A DNA stretch of 64,000 nucleotides from contig JAKJHQ010000001.1 in assembly GCA_022703765.1 (NCBI GenBank), forward strand, positions 145,854 through 209,853, read 5' to 3'. Made by a program: the position numbers and the translations under genes. This document shows positions 47,082-56,001 of the stretch, piece by piece; within the stretch, counting starts at the first letter, position 1, and every line of letters starts with the position of its first letter. This DNA is from Candidatus Wallbacteria bacterium (GTDB lineage Bacteria; Muiribacteriota; UBA9980). The notes below the pieces were generated by a model. The model ran no database searches. It was not told where the DNA came from and saw only the letters and a program-made list of their open reading frames with translations.

Positions 47082-48482
47082 ATGGACAAATTTTATAAAA
47101 ATTTAAAAATAGCTTTGCTCGTTTTATTATTAACGGCGGTTATAGGAATAATTTTTCCTTCCTACGCTCAGAACGCCGGGCAGGACATTAATTTACATGC
47201 AGGATTTAATTTCGTATGCTTCAGCGTAAGCCCGCAAACAACTCCCCTGGAACTTATGCAAAAATATAGTTCGCTCATAGAAGACATTTATCTTTTCAAC
47301 GCCGCGGCAGGATCTTTTTTAAGCCTTTCCGACGGTTCGCTTTCTTCTATCTCTTCTGGAAAAGGATATATTATAAAATCCAAAGCCTCTGGAATTATAA
47401 ATGTGCCGGGCACAGAAGCTTCCGGGTCAGACCTTCCGCTTAAACCAGGCTTTAACCTGATCGGAGTCACGGGACAAACTTCCGCCATTACTTTTTCTCA
47501 AGTCATGAAAAATTATCATTTCATTAAAGGCATTTACAAATGGAACCCCGCGGCGGGTTCTTTTATATCAGTCATAACTGACGGCACCGGTTCTACGCAC
47601 TTAGTCGACGGCGCCGACCCTCGCTTCAGCCCCGCTACATCATATTTTATCAATATCAGCGACGGATGCTTTTTAAGATTCACAGAAAACGGTATAAGTT
47701 TTTATGCGGCATCTTCGACCGCGGCCGAAAAAATAAAAATAGAACTGTCACCAAAAGTAACGCTCGAAATGGCAAAAATCTACTCGGCCGGAAAAAGTTT
47801 TAAAATGGGAAGCCCCGAAAACGAGCAAGGCCGCGAATCATTTGAAGGTCCTGAACGGCAGGTTTCATTTACCAGAAATTTTTATATGGGAATATATGAA
47901 ATAACGCAGGCGCAATGGCTTACTATATACGGAAAATGGCCAGAAACGGCCCCTACGGCCGCTTACGGCGCCGGGGACTACTATCCGGCATATAACGTTT
48001 CATGGGACGACATCAACGGCGCCGGAGGATTTCTCGAAAAAATAAACGCTTTAAAGCCTTCCGGTTACAGCGGTTTTAGATTGCCCACGGAGGCCGAATG
48101 GGAGTTCGCGGCGCGAGGCGGATCTCAAAGCAGGTATTTCTGGGGCGATGATACCGATAACATAGAAATTCAAAATTATTCCTGGTATTATACAAACTCA
48201 GGTTTAAAAACTAACCCGGCCGGTTCGAAGCGCCCTAACGCTTTCGGTTTATACGACACTTCAGGCAATTTAATGGAATGGTGCTCCGATTACTGGTACG
48301 GAAGTTACGACAGCCTTTCCGTCATAGATCCGGCCGGCCCTTCGTCAGGTTATGCGCGCGTAAGACGCGGAGGCGCGTGGGGAAATGAAGCTTCGTTTTG
48401 CCGCAGCGCGGCGCGAGGTGGCGGACCGCAGAACACGAGAAGCATACGATACGGCTTTCGTATCGCAATTACGGCCGACTGA
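47082..48482 (+). CDS. Secreted formylglycine-generating-enzyme (FGE/SUMF1)-fold protein with N-terminal extension
   Basis: Signal peptide. The C-terminal ~250 aa carry FGE-sulfatase hallmarks (GLYDTSGNLMEWCSDYW, RVRRGGAW). Confidence 0.8.
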   Translation: MDKFYKNLKIALLVLLLTAVIGIIFPSYAQNAGQDINLHAGFNFVCFSVSPQTTPLELMQKYSSLIEDIYLFNAAAGSFLSLSDGSLSSISSGKGYIIKSKASGIINVPGTEASGSDLPLKPGFNLIGVTGQTSAITFSQVMKNYHFIKGIYKWNPAAGSFISVITDGTGSTHLVDGADPRFSPATSYFINISDGCFLRFTENGISFYAASSTAAEKIKIELSPKVTLEMAKIYSAGKSFKMGSPENEQGRESFEGPERQVSFTRNFYMGIYEITQAQWLTIYGKWPETAPTAAYGAGDYYPAYNVSWDDINGAGGFLEKINALKPSGYSGFRLPTEAEWEFAARGGSQSRYFWGDDTDNIEIQNYSWYYTNSGLKTNPAGSKRPNAFGLYDTSGNLMEWCSDYWYGSYDSLSVIDPAGPSSGYARVRRGGAWGNEASFCRSAARGGGPQNTRSIRYGFRIAITAD

Positions 48483-48537
48483 ACCGAGCTAAAATCATAA
48501 AAATTGCATATTTTAACCCGGCAAGGCGCATTATAAT

Positions 48538-48573
48538 AAAAACCCCCGCAAATATTTATTCGCGGGGGTTTTT
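48538..48573. terminator. Bidirectional rho-independent terminator between the FGE-like gene and rplL
   Basis: AAAACCCCCGC-loop-GCGGGGGTTTTT. Confidence 0.6.
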
Positions 48574-48609
48574 ATATTAGAGCTTTAATTTACCACAAAA
48601 AAAGCCGAA

Positions 48610-48972
48610 TTATTTAAGGGTAACTTTCGCGCCAGCGGCTTCGAGTTTGCCTTTTATGTCTTCTGCGTCTTTCTTAGCGATGCCTTCTTTTACCGGCTTC
48701 GGAGCGCCGTCAACGAGGTCTTTCGCGTCTTTCAGGGCGAGGCCGGTGAGTTCGCGAACTACTTTAATGACGTTGATTTTGTTTGCGCCTGCATCGGTAA
48801 GGATAACGTCAAATTCTGTTTTTTCAGCTGCCGCTGCTGCGGGTGCTGCTGCTGCTACCGCTACCGGAGCTGCTGCGGAAACTCCCCATTTTTCTTCGAG
48901 GGTTTTCACTAAATCGTTAACTTCGAGTAATGTCATTTTTTCAAGCGCCTGGATTAATTCATCTTTTGTCAT
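48610..48972 (-). CDS. rplL: 50S ribosomal protein L7/L12
   Basis: [31 protein letters not shown]... with an Ala-rich hinge. AGGAGGA RBS. Confidence 0.9.
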   Translation of the reverse strand: MTKDELIQALEKMTLLEVNDLVKTLEEKWGVSAAAPVAVAAAAPAAAAAEKTEFDVILTDAGANKINVIKVVRELTGLALKDAKDLVDGAPKPVKEGIAKKDAEDIKGKLEAAGAKVTLK

Positions 48973-49073
48973 TGTAATCATTTCCTCCTGATAATTTTTA
49001 TTGTTTTATTTATTTTTTTATGCCGCCGCGCCGCAATTAAATGCCTGACGCGTTGGAAAGGCTTTTATCAAGC

Positions 49074-49601
49074 CTATGCAGCCTGTCCTTCTTCCATTTT
49101 CTTCGCGTGCTGCGCGAGGACCTGAACGAGACCTCTCGATCCGGCCGAAAGAACGGTAACGATACCGCGGGCAGGAGACTGCAATACCGACAGGAACATG
49201 GAGCGCAATTGCGGCATAGCCGGAATGCTGCGCATAACCGTGAGCTGTTCGGCATCGTAAATTTCACCGTTGATAACGCCGGCTTTTAAAGGTATTTTTT
49301 TAATTTTTTCAAATTCGTGCAATACTTTCAAAGGCGCTATCGGATCGCCATAAGCTATAGCTATAGCGGTCGTGCCGGTCATGTGTTTTTCGATCGCCGC
49401 AAATCCGAATTCGGAGATGGCGATACGCGCGAGATTGTTTTTGAATATGCGATATTCGACTTTTTCGGCTCTGAGCTTGCGGCGGAGAGCTGAAATGTCT
49501 TTAACTGTGACGCCTTTAAAGTCCGTTAAAATAAATCCCTGCGCCTGACCCAGTTTTTCTTTGATCAATTTAACTTTTTGCTCTTTTTGTGGTGTTGGCA
49601 T
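49074..49601 (-). CDS. rplJ: 50S ribosomal protein L10
   Basis: MPTPQKEQKVKLIKEKL... with AAGGAGGTG RBS. The start was moved to ATG 49601. Confidence 0.9.
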   Translation of the reverse strand: MPTPQKEQKVKLIKEKLGQAQGFILTDFKGVTVKDISALRRKLRAEKVEYRIFKNNLARIAISEFGFAAIEKHMTGTTAIAIAYGDPIAPLKVLHEFEKIKKIPLKAGVINGEIYDAEQLTVMRSIPAMPQLRSMFLSVLQSPARGIVTVLSAGSRGLVQVLAQHAKKMEEGQAA

Positions 49602-49613
49602 TAATGTGTACAC

Positions 49614-49950
49614 CTCCTTTAGATTTTATTTATTCCGATTTATGGATAACTTGGTTTTTTGCATACGCTTTTGTTTTAAGAGGCTTCCAAAGCGAGGTTA
49701 AAAAAACCCTGCGTTGAAGGCATTGGCATATCCGAAACAACACAGGGTTTTAATATCTTGAACAATCGCGCCGGCGGGCGGTTAAATAATCAAACGATCC
49801 GCAGGGCGTCATCCGCAAAATTTCTATGCTTGTTTCGGCCGGCCGCCGGTTTTTAAAAACCTGGCGATTAAAGGCTATGCCTGCCATGCTGTCTTTAACA
49901 AATTCTTATAAAAGAACCGCCCTTTTATAAGGGCATAATGTCTATATAAA
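49614..49950 (-). promoter_or_regulatory. rplJ (L10) leader region with attenuator-like hairpin
   Basis: A ~337-nt untranslated leader lies between rplA and rplJ. On the minus strand a 10-bp stem hairpin (plus-strand 49707-49747) is followed by a 7-T run. Confidence 0.45.
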
Positions 49951-50640
49951 TTAGTTTACCATCGAAGCGGGGTTGATACGGAGTCCGGGGCCCATCGTGG
50001 TAGCGATGGTAACGGTCTTTATGTACTGGCCCTTAGCGCCTGTAGGTTTAGCTCTCAATACGGCGTCGTAGAAAGCTCTGAAATTTTCATTTAATTTATT
50101 GTCGTCGAAAGACGATTTTCCGAAAGGTCCGTGGATTATACCGTTCTTTTCGGTTCTGAACTCGATACGGCCGGCTTTTAATTCTTTTACCGCTTTAGCG
50201 ATATCGAATGTAACGGTTCCGGTTTTCGGGTTCGGCATTAAGCCGCGGGGACCTAATATTTTACCGAGCTGACCGACGATTTTCATCATATCGGGCGTAG
50301 CTACCACGAAATCAAAATCGGTCCAGCTTTCTTTTTTGATTTTTTCGGCGTAATCGTCAGCGCCTACGTAATCTGCGCCGGCCTGTTCGGCTTCTTTGGC
50401 TTTTTCGCCTGCGGCGAAAACTAAAACTTTAACTTTTTTGCCCGTGCCGTGAGGAAGAACGACTGTGCTTCTAACCTGCTGATCGGCATGTTTCGGGTCA
50501 ACGCCAAGCTTGATGGCAATTTCGAATGAAGAGTCGAATTTGGTATAAGCGATTTCTTTAGCGAGCTTTATAGCGTCCTGAAAGTTATAAAGTTTGTTGG
50601 GTTCCACTTTTTTCAAAGCGGCTTCGAATTTTTTTCCCAT
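49951..50640 (-). CDS. rplA: 50S ribosomal protein L1
   Basis: [29 protein letters not shown]... Confidence 0.9.
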   Translation of the reverse strand: MGKKFEAALKKVEPNKLYNFQDAIKLAKEIAYTKFDSSFEIAIKLGVDPKHADQQVRSTVVLPHGTGKKVKVLVFAAGEKAKEAEQAGADYVGADDYAEKIKKESWTDFDFVVATPDMMKIVGQLGKILGPRGLMPNPKTGTVTFDIAKAVKELKAGRIEFRTEKNGIIHGPFGKSSFDDNKLNENFRAFYDAVLRAKPTGAKGQYIKTVTIATTMGPGLRINPASMVN

Positions 50641-50726
50641 TTAAAATAAACCTCCTCGTGGTAATAGCGGATTAAATCCTTCCACAAATTGCGGCGCGTC
50701 AAAGCGCCATTGCAAAAGTTGCGTAA

Positions 50727-51155
50727 TTAATCTTCGATGACGTCGATGCCCATCGAGCGAGCGGTGCCGCCGATGATTTTCGCGCCCTGAACTTCGTCGT
50801 AAGCGTTAAGATCGTTGAGTTTTTTCTTGGCGATCTCTTTGAGCTTCGACATGGTAATTTTGCCGACTTTCGTTTTATTAGGAACGCCGGAACCTTTTTC
50901 GAGTTTTAAAGCTTCGCGCAATAAGATAGCCGCGGGCGGGGTTTTGCATATAAAATCGAAACTCTTGTCGGCGTAAACCGTAATAATAACCGGGATGATA
51001 GTTCCAGCCTGCGCCGAAGTGCGGGCGTTGAACTCTTTGCAGAATGCCATGATGTTAACGCCGTGCTGGCCGAGAGCGGGACCTACTGGAGGCGCAGGAT
51101 TCGCTTTGCCGGCGGGGCATTGCAGTTTAACATAAGCAACAACTTTTTTAGCCAT
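50727..51155 (-). CDS. rplK: 50S ribosomal protein L11
   Basis: [36 protein letters not shown]... Confidence 0.9.
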   Translation of the reverse strand: MAKKVVAYVKLQCPAGKANPAPPVGPALGQHGVNIMAFCKEFNARTSAQAGTIIPVIITVYADKSFDFICKTPPAAILLREALKLEKGSGVPNKTKVGKITMSKLKEIAKKKLNDLNAYDEVQGAKIIGGTARSMGIDVIED

Positions 51156-51214
51156 GATAATTCTCCTTCCGAGTGTGTGTTATATCTTTATTAAAACTAA
51201 ACGTGATTTAATAA

Positions 51215-51745
51215 TTAAGCTTCTTCTATCTGGGCGAAATCCAGTTCGACCGATGTGTCGCGCCCGAATATCTTGAGCATGATTTTAACAAGATGCTTTT
51301 CGGGGCTGATGCTGTCGATCGTGCCGTTGAAACCGGAGAACGGGCCTTCGATAACGCGGACTTTCTGGCCGACCTTAAACGTGATTTTATCTTCGGGCTT
51401 CTGTTCGCCGTAACCGAGAAGCTTCATGATGCCCTGAACGTCTTTTTCAGTGAGCGGGGTCGGCTTGTTTCCGAAACCGATAAATCCGGTAACGCCGGGC
51501 GTGTTGCGCACGACATACCATGAATCGTCGGTAAGTATCATTTCTACATAAATGTAGCCTGGATAAACTTTGCGCTCGATTTCAACGCGTTTGCCGTCTT
51601 TAATTTCAACGACTTTTTCTTTCGGAACGACAACCGTAAATATCTGGTCTTTCATACCCATGCTTTCAATACGCTGGCGTATGTTAGCCTTTACTTTGTC
51701 TTCCGACCCGGAATAAGTGTGAACAACGTACCAGGATCTTTCCAT
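51215..51745 (-). CDS. nusG: Transcription termination/antitermination factor NusG
   Basis: WYVVHTYSGSEDKV N-terminal NGN domain and a C-terminal KOW. The start was moved to ATG 51745. Confidence 0.9.
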   Translation of the reverse strand: MERSWYVVHTYSGSEDKVKANIRQRIESMGMKDQIFTVVVPKEKVVEIKDGKRVEIERKVYPGYIYVEMILTDDSWYVVRNTPGVTGFIGFGNKPTPLTEKDVQGIMKLLGYGEQKPEDKITFKVGQKVRVIEGPFSGFNGTIDSISPEKHLVKIMLKIFGRDTSVELDFAQIEEA

Positions 51746-51874
51746 ATAATATCGCACAAAAAGCTAAACTGAAAAATAATTAAAAGTCGCTTTCTGTTTA
51801 AAGCGGCACCCCATTTCCTATTAAAATAAACCCGCGCCGTAAACACCCCCGGGCGAGATCGGCGCTGAAAATAA

Positions 51875-52096
51875 CTATTTAACCTTTAATATCACTTCGA
51901 AAAGGCGGTTGAAAACCGTATCTACAACCGCTATATAAACGGATATCATCAATACCGAAACGACTACGGCTTTCGTTGAAGAATAAACGCCCTGCTTGTT
52001 GGGCCAGGAAACTTTTTTCATTTCAGCGGGAACTTCGATGCCAAGAAATTCTTTTAATCTCGCGTATCCGCCTTTTATTGATTCGCTTAAACTCAT
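51875..52096 (-). CDS. secE: Preprotein translocase subunit SecE
   Basis: 73-aa product with a single C-terminal transmembrane helix, positioned between nusG and tRNA-Trp. Confidence 0.8.
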   Translation of the reverse strand: MSLSESIKGGYARLKEFLGIEVPAEMKKVSWPNKQGVYSSTKAVVVSVLMISVYIAVVDTVFNRLFEVILKVK

Positions 52097-52151
52097 TGTT
52101 ACAATTCACCACCAAATAAATTCTTTTTATCTTATGTTTAAAAACCTGAAA

Positions 52152-52222
52152 CAGGGCCAGACGGATTCGAACCGCCATCAACGGTTTTGGAGACCGCTAT
52201 TCTACCATTGAACTATAGCCCT
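52152..52222 (-). tRNA. tRNA-Trp (anticodon CCA)
   Basis: Manual fold of AGGGCTATAGTTCAATGGTAGAATAGCGGTCTCCAAAACCGT..., giving anticodon loop CTCCAAA. CCA is not encoded. Confidence 0.85.
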
Positions 52223-52331
52223 AACATTGCAATAACAAACGCTGAACCTAATCAAGAGCGCGACGCCGCCGGCTTAAATTGCACTATCAAACCGTCTTGC
52301 GCCGCCGCAAAGTAGCCGCCAGACGGCAATG

Positions 52332-52481
52332 CTATTTAGCTTCTTTGTGTTCGGTGTGCTTGCGATCGTATTTGCAGTATTTGTTCAACACAAGGCGATC
52401 CGTCGTCTTGCGTTTGTTTTTTGTTGTCGAATATGTCCTGTTTTTGCAGGTGGTGCATTCGAGTGTAATAATTTCGCGCAT
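52332..52481 (-). CDS. rpmG: 50S ribosomal protein L33
   Basis: [49 protein letters not shown]. It is not in the ORF track because it is under 60 aa. Confidence 0.8.
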   Translation of the reverse strand: MREIITLECTTCKNRTYSTTKNKRKTTDRLVLNKYCKYDRKHTEHKEAK

Positions 52482-52636
52482 GATAACTCTCCTGTCTTAA
52501 CTTTTTAGTTTAATATAAACCGTATTTTTAGTTTGCTTAAGCCTGAAACGACATTTCTCTGCCGCTTCAGGCTTAATTTAATAACATCTGTTAATTATAT
52601 CACACTAATCAGCTTGTTGTCAAGCTTTTTTTAAAA

Positions 52637-53842
52637 TTAGTCGATAACTTCTGAAACGATGCCTGCGCCTACGGTTCTGCCGCCTTCGCGGATAGCGAAG
52701 CGAAGCTCTTTTTCCATAGCGATAGGCATAATGAGTTCTACGCCGATCGATACGTTATCGCCGGGCATAATCATTTCTGCGCCTTCAGGAAGTTCGATCG
52801 AGCCGGTTACGTCGGTCGTTCTGAAATAGAACTGGGGTCTGTAGCCTTTGAAGAACGGCGTATGACGGCCGCCTTCTTCTTTGGACAGTATGTAAACCTG
52901 GGCCCTGAATTTCGTGTGCGGTTTGATCGAACCGGGTTTTGCGAGAACCTGGCCGCGTTCGATGGCTTCTTTATCTACGCCGCGCAGAAGCAGACCTACG
53001 TTGTCGCCGGCCTGGCCTTCGTCGAGGAGTTTTCTGAACATTTCTACGCCCGTAACAACCGTTTTCGAGCTTTTTTCTTTGAGGCCGATAAGTTCGACTT
53101 CTTCGCCGACTTTTACTATGCCGCGTTCGATTCTGCCGGTTGCGACCGTGCCGCGGCCGGTTATCGAGAACACGTCTTCGACGGGCATTAAGAACGGTTT
53201 ATCTACTTCACGGGCGGGAAGCGGGATATAAGCGTCTACCGCGTCCATGAGCTCGTATATTCTCTTGCACCAGTCGCTTTCGTAATCGTTAGCCGTGGCG
53301 GCTTCCATAGCTTTGAGAGCGGAGCCGCGGATTATCGGTATTTCGGAGCCGGGGAATTCGTATTTGGAGAGAAGGTCGCGGACTTCGAGTTCTACCAGGT
53401 CTAACAATTCGCTGTCGTCAACCATGTCTACTTTGTTGAGGAACACTACTATTCTCGGAACGCCGACCTGGCGGGCGAGAAGGATGTGTTCACGGGTCTG
53501 GGGCATCGGGCCGTCGGCTGCCGATACTACCAGGATGGCGCCGTCCATCTGTGCCGCGCCGGTGATCATGTTTTTGATGTAATCCGCGTGGCCCGGGCAA
53601 TCAACGTGTGCGTAGTGGCGGGTTTTGGTCTGGTATTCAACGTGAGCGATAGCTATCGTGATACCGCGTTCGCGCGATTCAGGCGCTTTATCGATATCGT
53701 AGAAGTCTTTCGCTTCGGCGAAACCGATGTGCGAGAGAACTTTCGTTATAGCTGAAGTCAGCGTGGTTTTACCATGATCAACGTGTCCGATCGTGCCTAT
53801 GTTAAGATGCGGCTTATTTCTTTCGAATTTTTCTTTTGCCAT
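52637..53842 (-). CDS. tuf: Elongation factor Tu
   Basis: [29 protein letters not shown]... in a 401-aa product. Confidence 0.95.
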   Translation of the reverse strand: MAKEKFERNKPHLNIGTIGHVDHGKTTLTSAITKVLSHIGFAEAKDFYDIDKAPESRERGITIAIAHVEYQTKTRHYAHVDCPGHADYIKNMITGAAQMDGAILVVSAADGPMPQTREHILLARQVGVPRIVVFLNKVDMVDDSELLDLVELEVRDLLSKYEFPGSEIPIIRGSALKAMEAATANDYESDWCKRIYELMDAVDAYIPLPAREVDKPFLMPVEDVFSITGRGTVATGRIERGIVKVGEEVELIGLKEKSSKTVVTGVEMFRKLLDEGQAGDNVGLLLRGVDKEAIERGQVLAKPGSIKPHTKFRAQVYILSKEEGGRHTPFFKGYRPQFYFRTTDVTGSIELPEGAEMIMPGDNVSIGVELIMPIAMEKELRFAIREGGRTVGAGIVSEVID

Positions 53843-53907
53843 TTTAAATTGCCCTCCTTAATTTAACGGAAAATTACTTAAAAATTAAACTGTTACCTAT
53901 GATAAAA

Positions 53908-53980
53908 AGCCCACCATCGGTATTGAACCGATCACCTTATCCTTACCAAGGATACGCTCTACCATCTGAGCTAGGTGGGC
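53908..53980 (-). tRNA. tRNA-Thr (anticodon GGU)
   Basis: Manual fold, anticodon loop TTGGTAA. Confidence 0.85.
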
Positions 53981-53994
53981 TTAAGGTTAGAATA

Positions 53995-54078
53995 TGGTGG
54001 GAGAAGGATTTGAACCTTCGAAGACCGGAGGTCGACGGATTTACAGTCCGTTCCCTTTGACCACTTGGGAATCCCACC
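53995..54078 (-). tRNA. tRNA-Tyr (anticodon GUA), long variable arm
   Basis: Manual fold, anticodon loop CTGTAAA, class II variable arm. Confidence 0.85.
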
Positions 54079-54093
54079 TGAATCTCTTTTTAA

Positions 54094-54166
54094 AGCCGAC
54101 AATGGGACTCGAACCCTCAACCCCCGCATTACAAGTGCGGTGCTCTACCAATTGAGCTATGTCGGC
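54094..54166 (-). tRNA. tRNA-Thr (anticodon UGU)
   Basis: Manual fold, anticodon loop CTTGTAA. Confidence 0.85.
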
Positions 54167-54474
54167 ATTAAAATCAAAGTAAAAAAATTATATCATAGTT
54201 TAAAGGAAAAGTAAATTCTGAATTTAGCCAATTTAATCAGTTTATATTAAAAATAATTTGTTTTTCTTTATTTTTTTATTTAATACTTCATTTTTCTTCT
54301 TTTATTTATCGATATTTTAATTTCAATCGTGCATTATAATGAAGTAAATAATTCTTGAATTAATATTACCGCTATTGTATAATACACTCAATATTTAAAC
54401 GGGAAGCCCTTGCAGAAGCTTTAACGCGGACGCGGCGGCCGGGCCATCTTAAAAATTATTACGGAGATAAAACA

Positions 54475-55986
54475 ATGAACGCTGAACGCATTAAAGAAAA
54501 TAAGATACCCTTAGATAAAAATACCTGGCATGAAATACTTTCGGAAATGAGATCGGCATTTTTCAATAACAGGTTCGACGATTATTTTTCATTTCTTTCA
54601 GGCTGCTACATGAGCGAAAAAGAGATATCCGAAAGGAATGATTTTTATTTAAGCCTGGCGGCGATGATTTCGAGGCATTTAAGAATGACGCCTCAAATTA
54701 TCGGCGCTTACCCTTATCTGAACTATTTATCAGAAGATATGGCCGCGGCCGGCGGGGAAGACCTCGTTAAAGCCGCTTCGGTTCTTTCGTCGGCGTGCGA
54801 ACGGGCCTCAAAAAGGCTCGAGGAAAAAGACGCCAAAAAGCCCGCCGCCCTTTTCGCGAAACCGGGCGCAATAGAAGACGCCGGCGCTTTCATAGAAAAA
54901 TACCGTGCGAGCGTCGAATCGCTTTTTATAGAAGAGCTCGATAAAAAATGGTTTCTGGAAGGCGATATAGATTCCACGCTGGCGCTCATTTGCGAATTAT
55001 TCCATCTCGAGCGCGCCGAAGCCGAAGCCGTAACTTCTCTCTGGTTCAACAATAAAGCCGACTTCAACCAGATCGTGAACTGGTTCCTGGACGATTTCTG
55101 CTTTTTGCTGCGTTCGGCGGAAGAAAACGAGTGGATAAAAATTTTCTGCCGCCTGGCGCTCGCTTACGGATACGAATCGGCCAATTTTTATTCCTACCAG
55201 GCCGAAGCCGGTTTCAAGCTGCGCGACTATCCGGCCGTAATAGAACTGGTATCCGCGCTGGAAAAAAAATATAAAATTACGCCTTTTTTAGAGCATTTAA
55301 AATGCTTTTCCCTGTGGCAGGTTTCAAAAACCAGGGAGTGCATGTCTATAATCAGGCGCAGGCTGGAAAACGATCCGCGCGACATACTGGCGGCCCTTCT
55401 CGCCGGCGACGTGCTGCTCAGCCTTTCCATGTTCGAACCCGCCTTAAAATCCTACGCTTACGCATACCACATAGAGCCCACGGCCGCGGACATTTTATAT
55501 TCGCTCGCGCGCGGATTTCACGCCTGCTATTTCGCCGCCCAGACCGATTTATGCGCAAAAAAAGCCATGGCGGCCGATCCCGCAAGCGCCGGTTATTTCA
55601 AGTTCGGCGTCGAATTATATATCAAGTGCGACGAGCCCGGCGCTAAAGCGCTGCTGGACGGCAAAAACGCCGGCGACTGCCCCGTCTGCATAAGGGGAGT
55701 AAAAGAAGGAACACACGTCATCGAATGGCTGACAGCCGACGGCAAAAAAAAGCGGCTCGAAACCGAGCTCAAAGACGGGTTCATTCATAAATTCAAATAT
55801 ATTCCGGATATGAAAAAAGTCGAGCGTGAAGAAAGCCGCGACGGCGACATAACGGTTTACCGCAACAGCGCCGCGGTCCGGCTCGAGGAACTGCTCGCTG
55901 ATTATCTGGTCGAAGACCTCGATAAATTGCCGAAACCGGCCATAGACGAATTCGCCGGCGCCGCGGTTCTCGGGGCAATGCGCTGA
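54475..55986 (+). CDS. Hypothetical protein, helical (TPR-like) with a possible C-terminal PEGA-like beta domain
   Basis: RBS GGAGATAAAACA-ATG. No confident domain assignment. Confidence 0.5.
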   Translation: MNAERIKENKIPLDKNTWHEILSEMRSAFFNNRFDDYFSFLSGCYMSEKEISERNDFYLSLAAMISRHLRMTPQIIGAYPYLNYLSEDMAAAGGEDLVKAASVLSSACERASKRLEEKDAKKPAALFAKPGAIEDAGAFIEKYRASVESLFIEELDKKWFLEGDIDSTLALICELFHLERAEAEAVTSLWFNNKADFNQIVNWFLDDFCFLLRSAEENEWIKIFCRLALAYGYESANFYSYQAEAGFKLRDYPAVIELVSALEKKYKITPFLEHLKCFSLWQVSKTRECMSIIRRRLENDPRDILAALLAGDVLLSLSMFEPALKSYAYAYHIEPTAADILYSLARGFHACYFAAQTDLCAKKAMAADPASAGYFKFGVELYIKCDEPGAKALLDGKNAGDCPVCIRGVKEGTHVIEWLTADGKKKRLETELKDGFIHKFKYIPDMKKVEREESRDGDITVYRNSAAVRLEELLADYLVEDLDKLPKPAIDEFAGAAVLGAMR

Positions 55987-56001
55987 TTTTTATAGGCGCC
56001 T

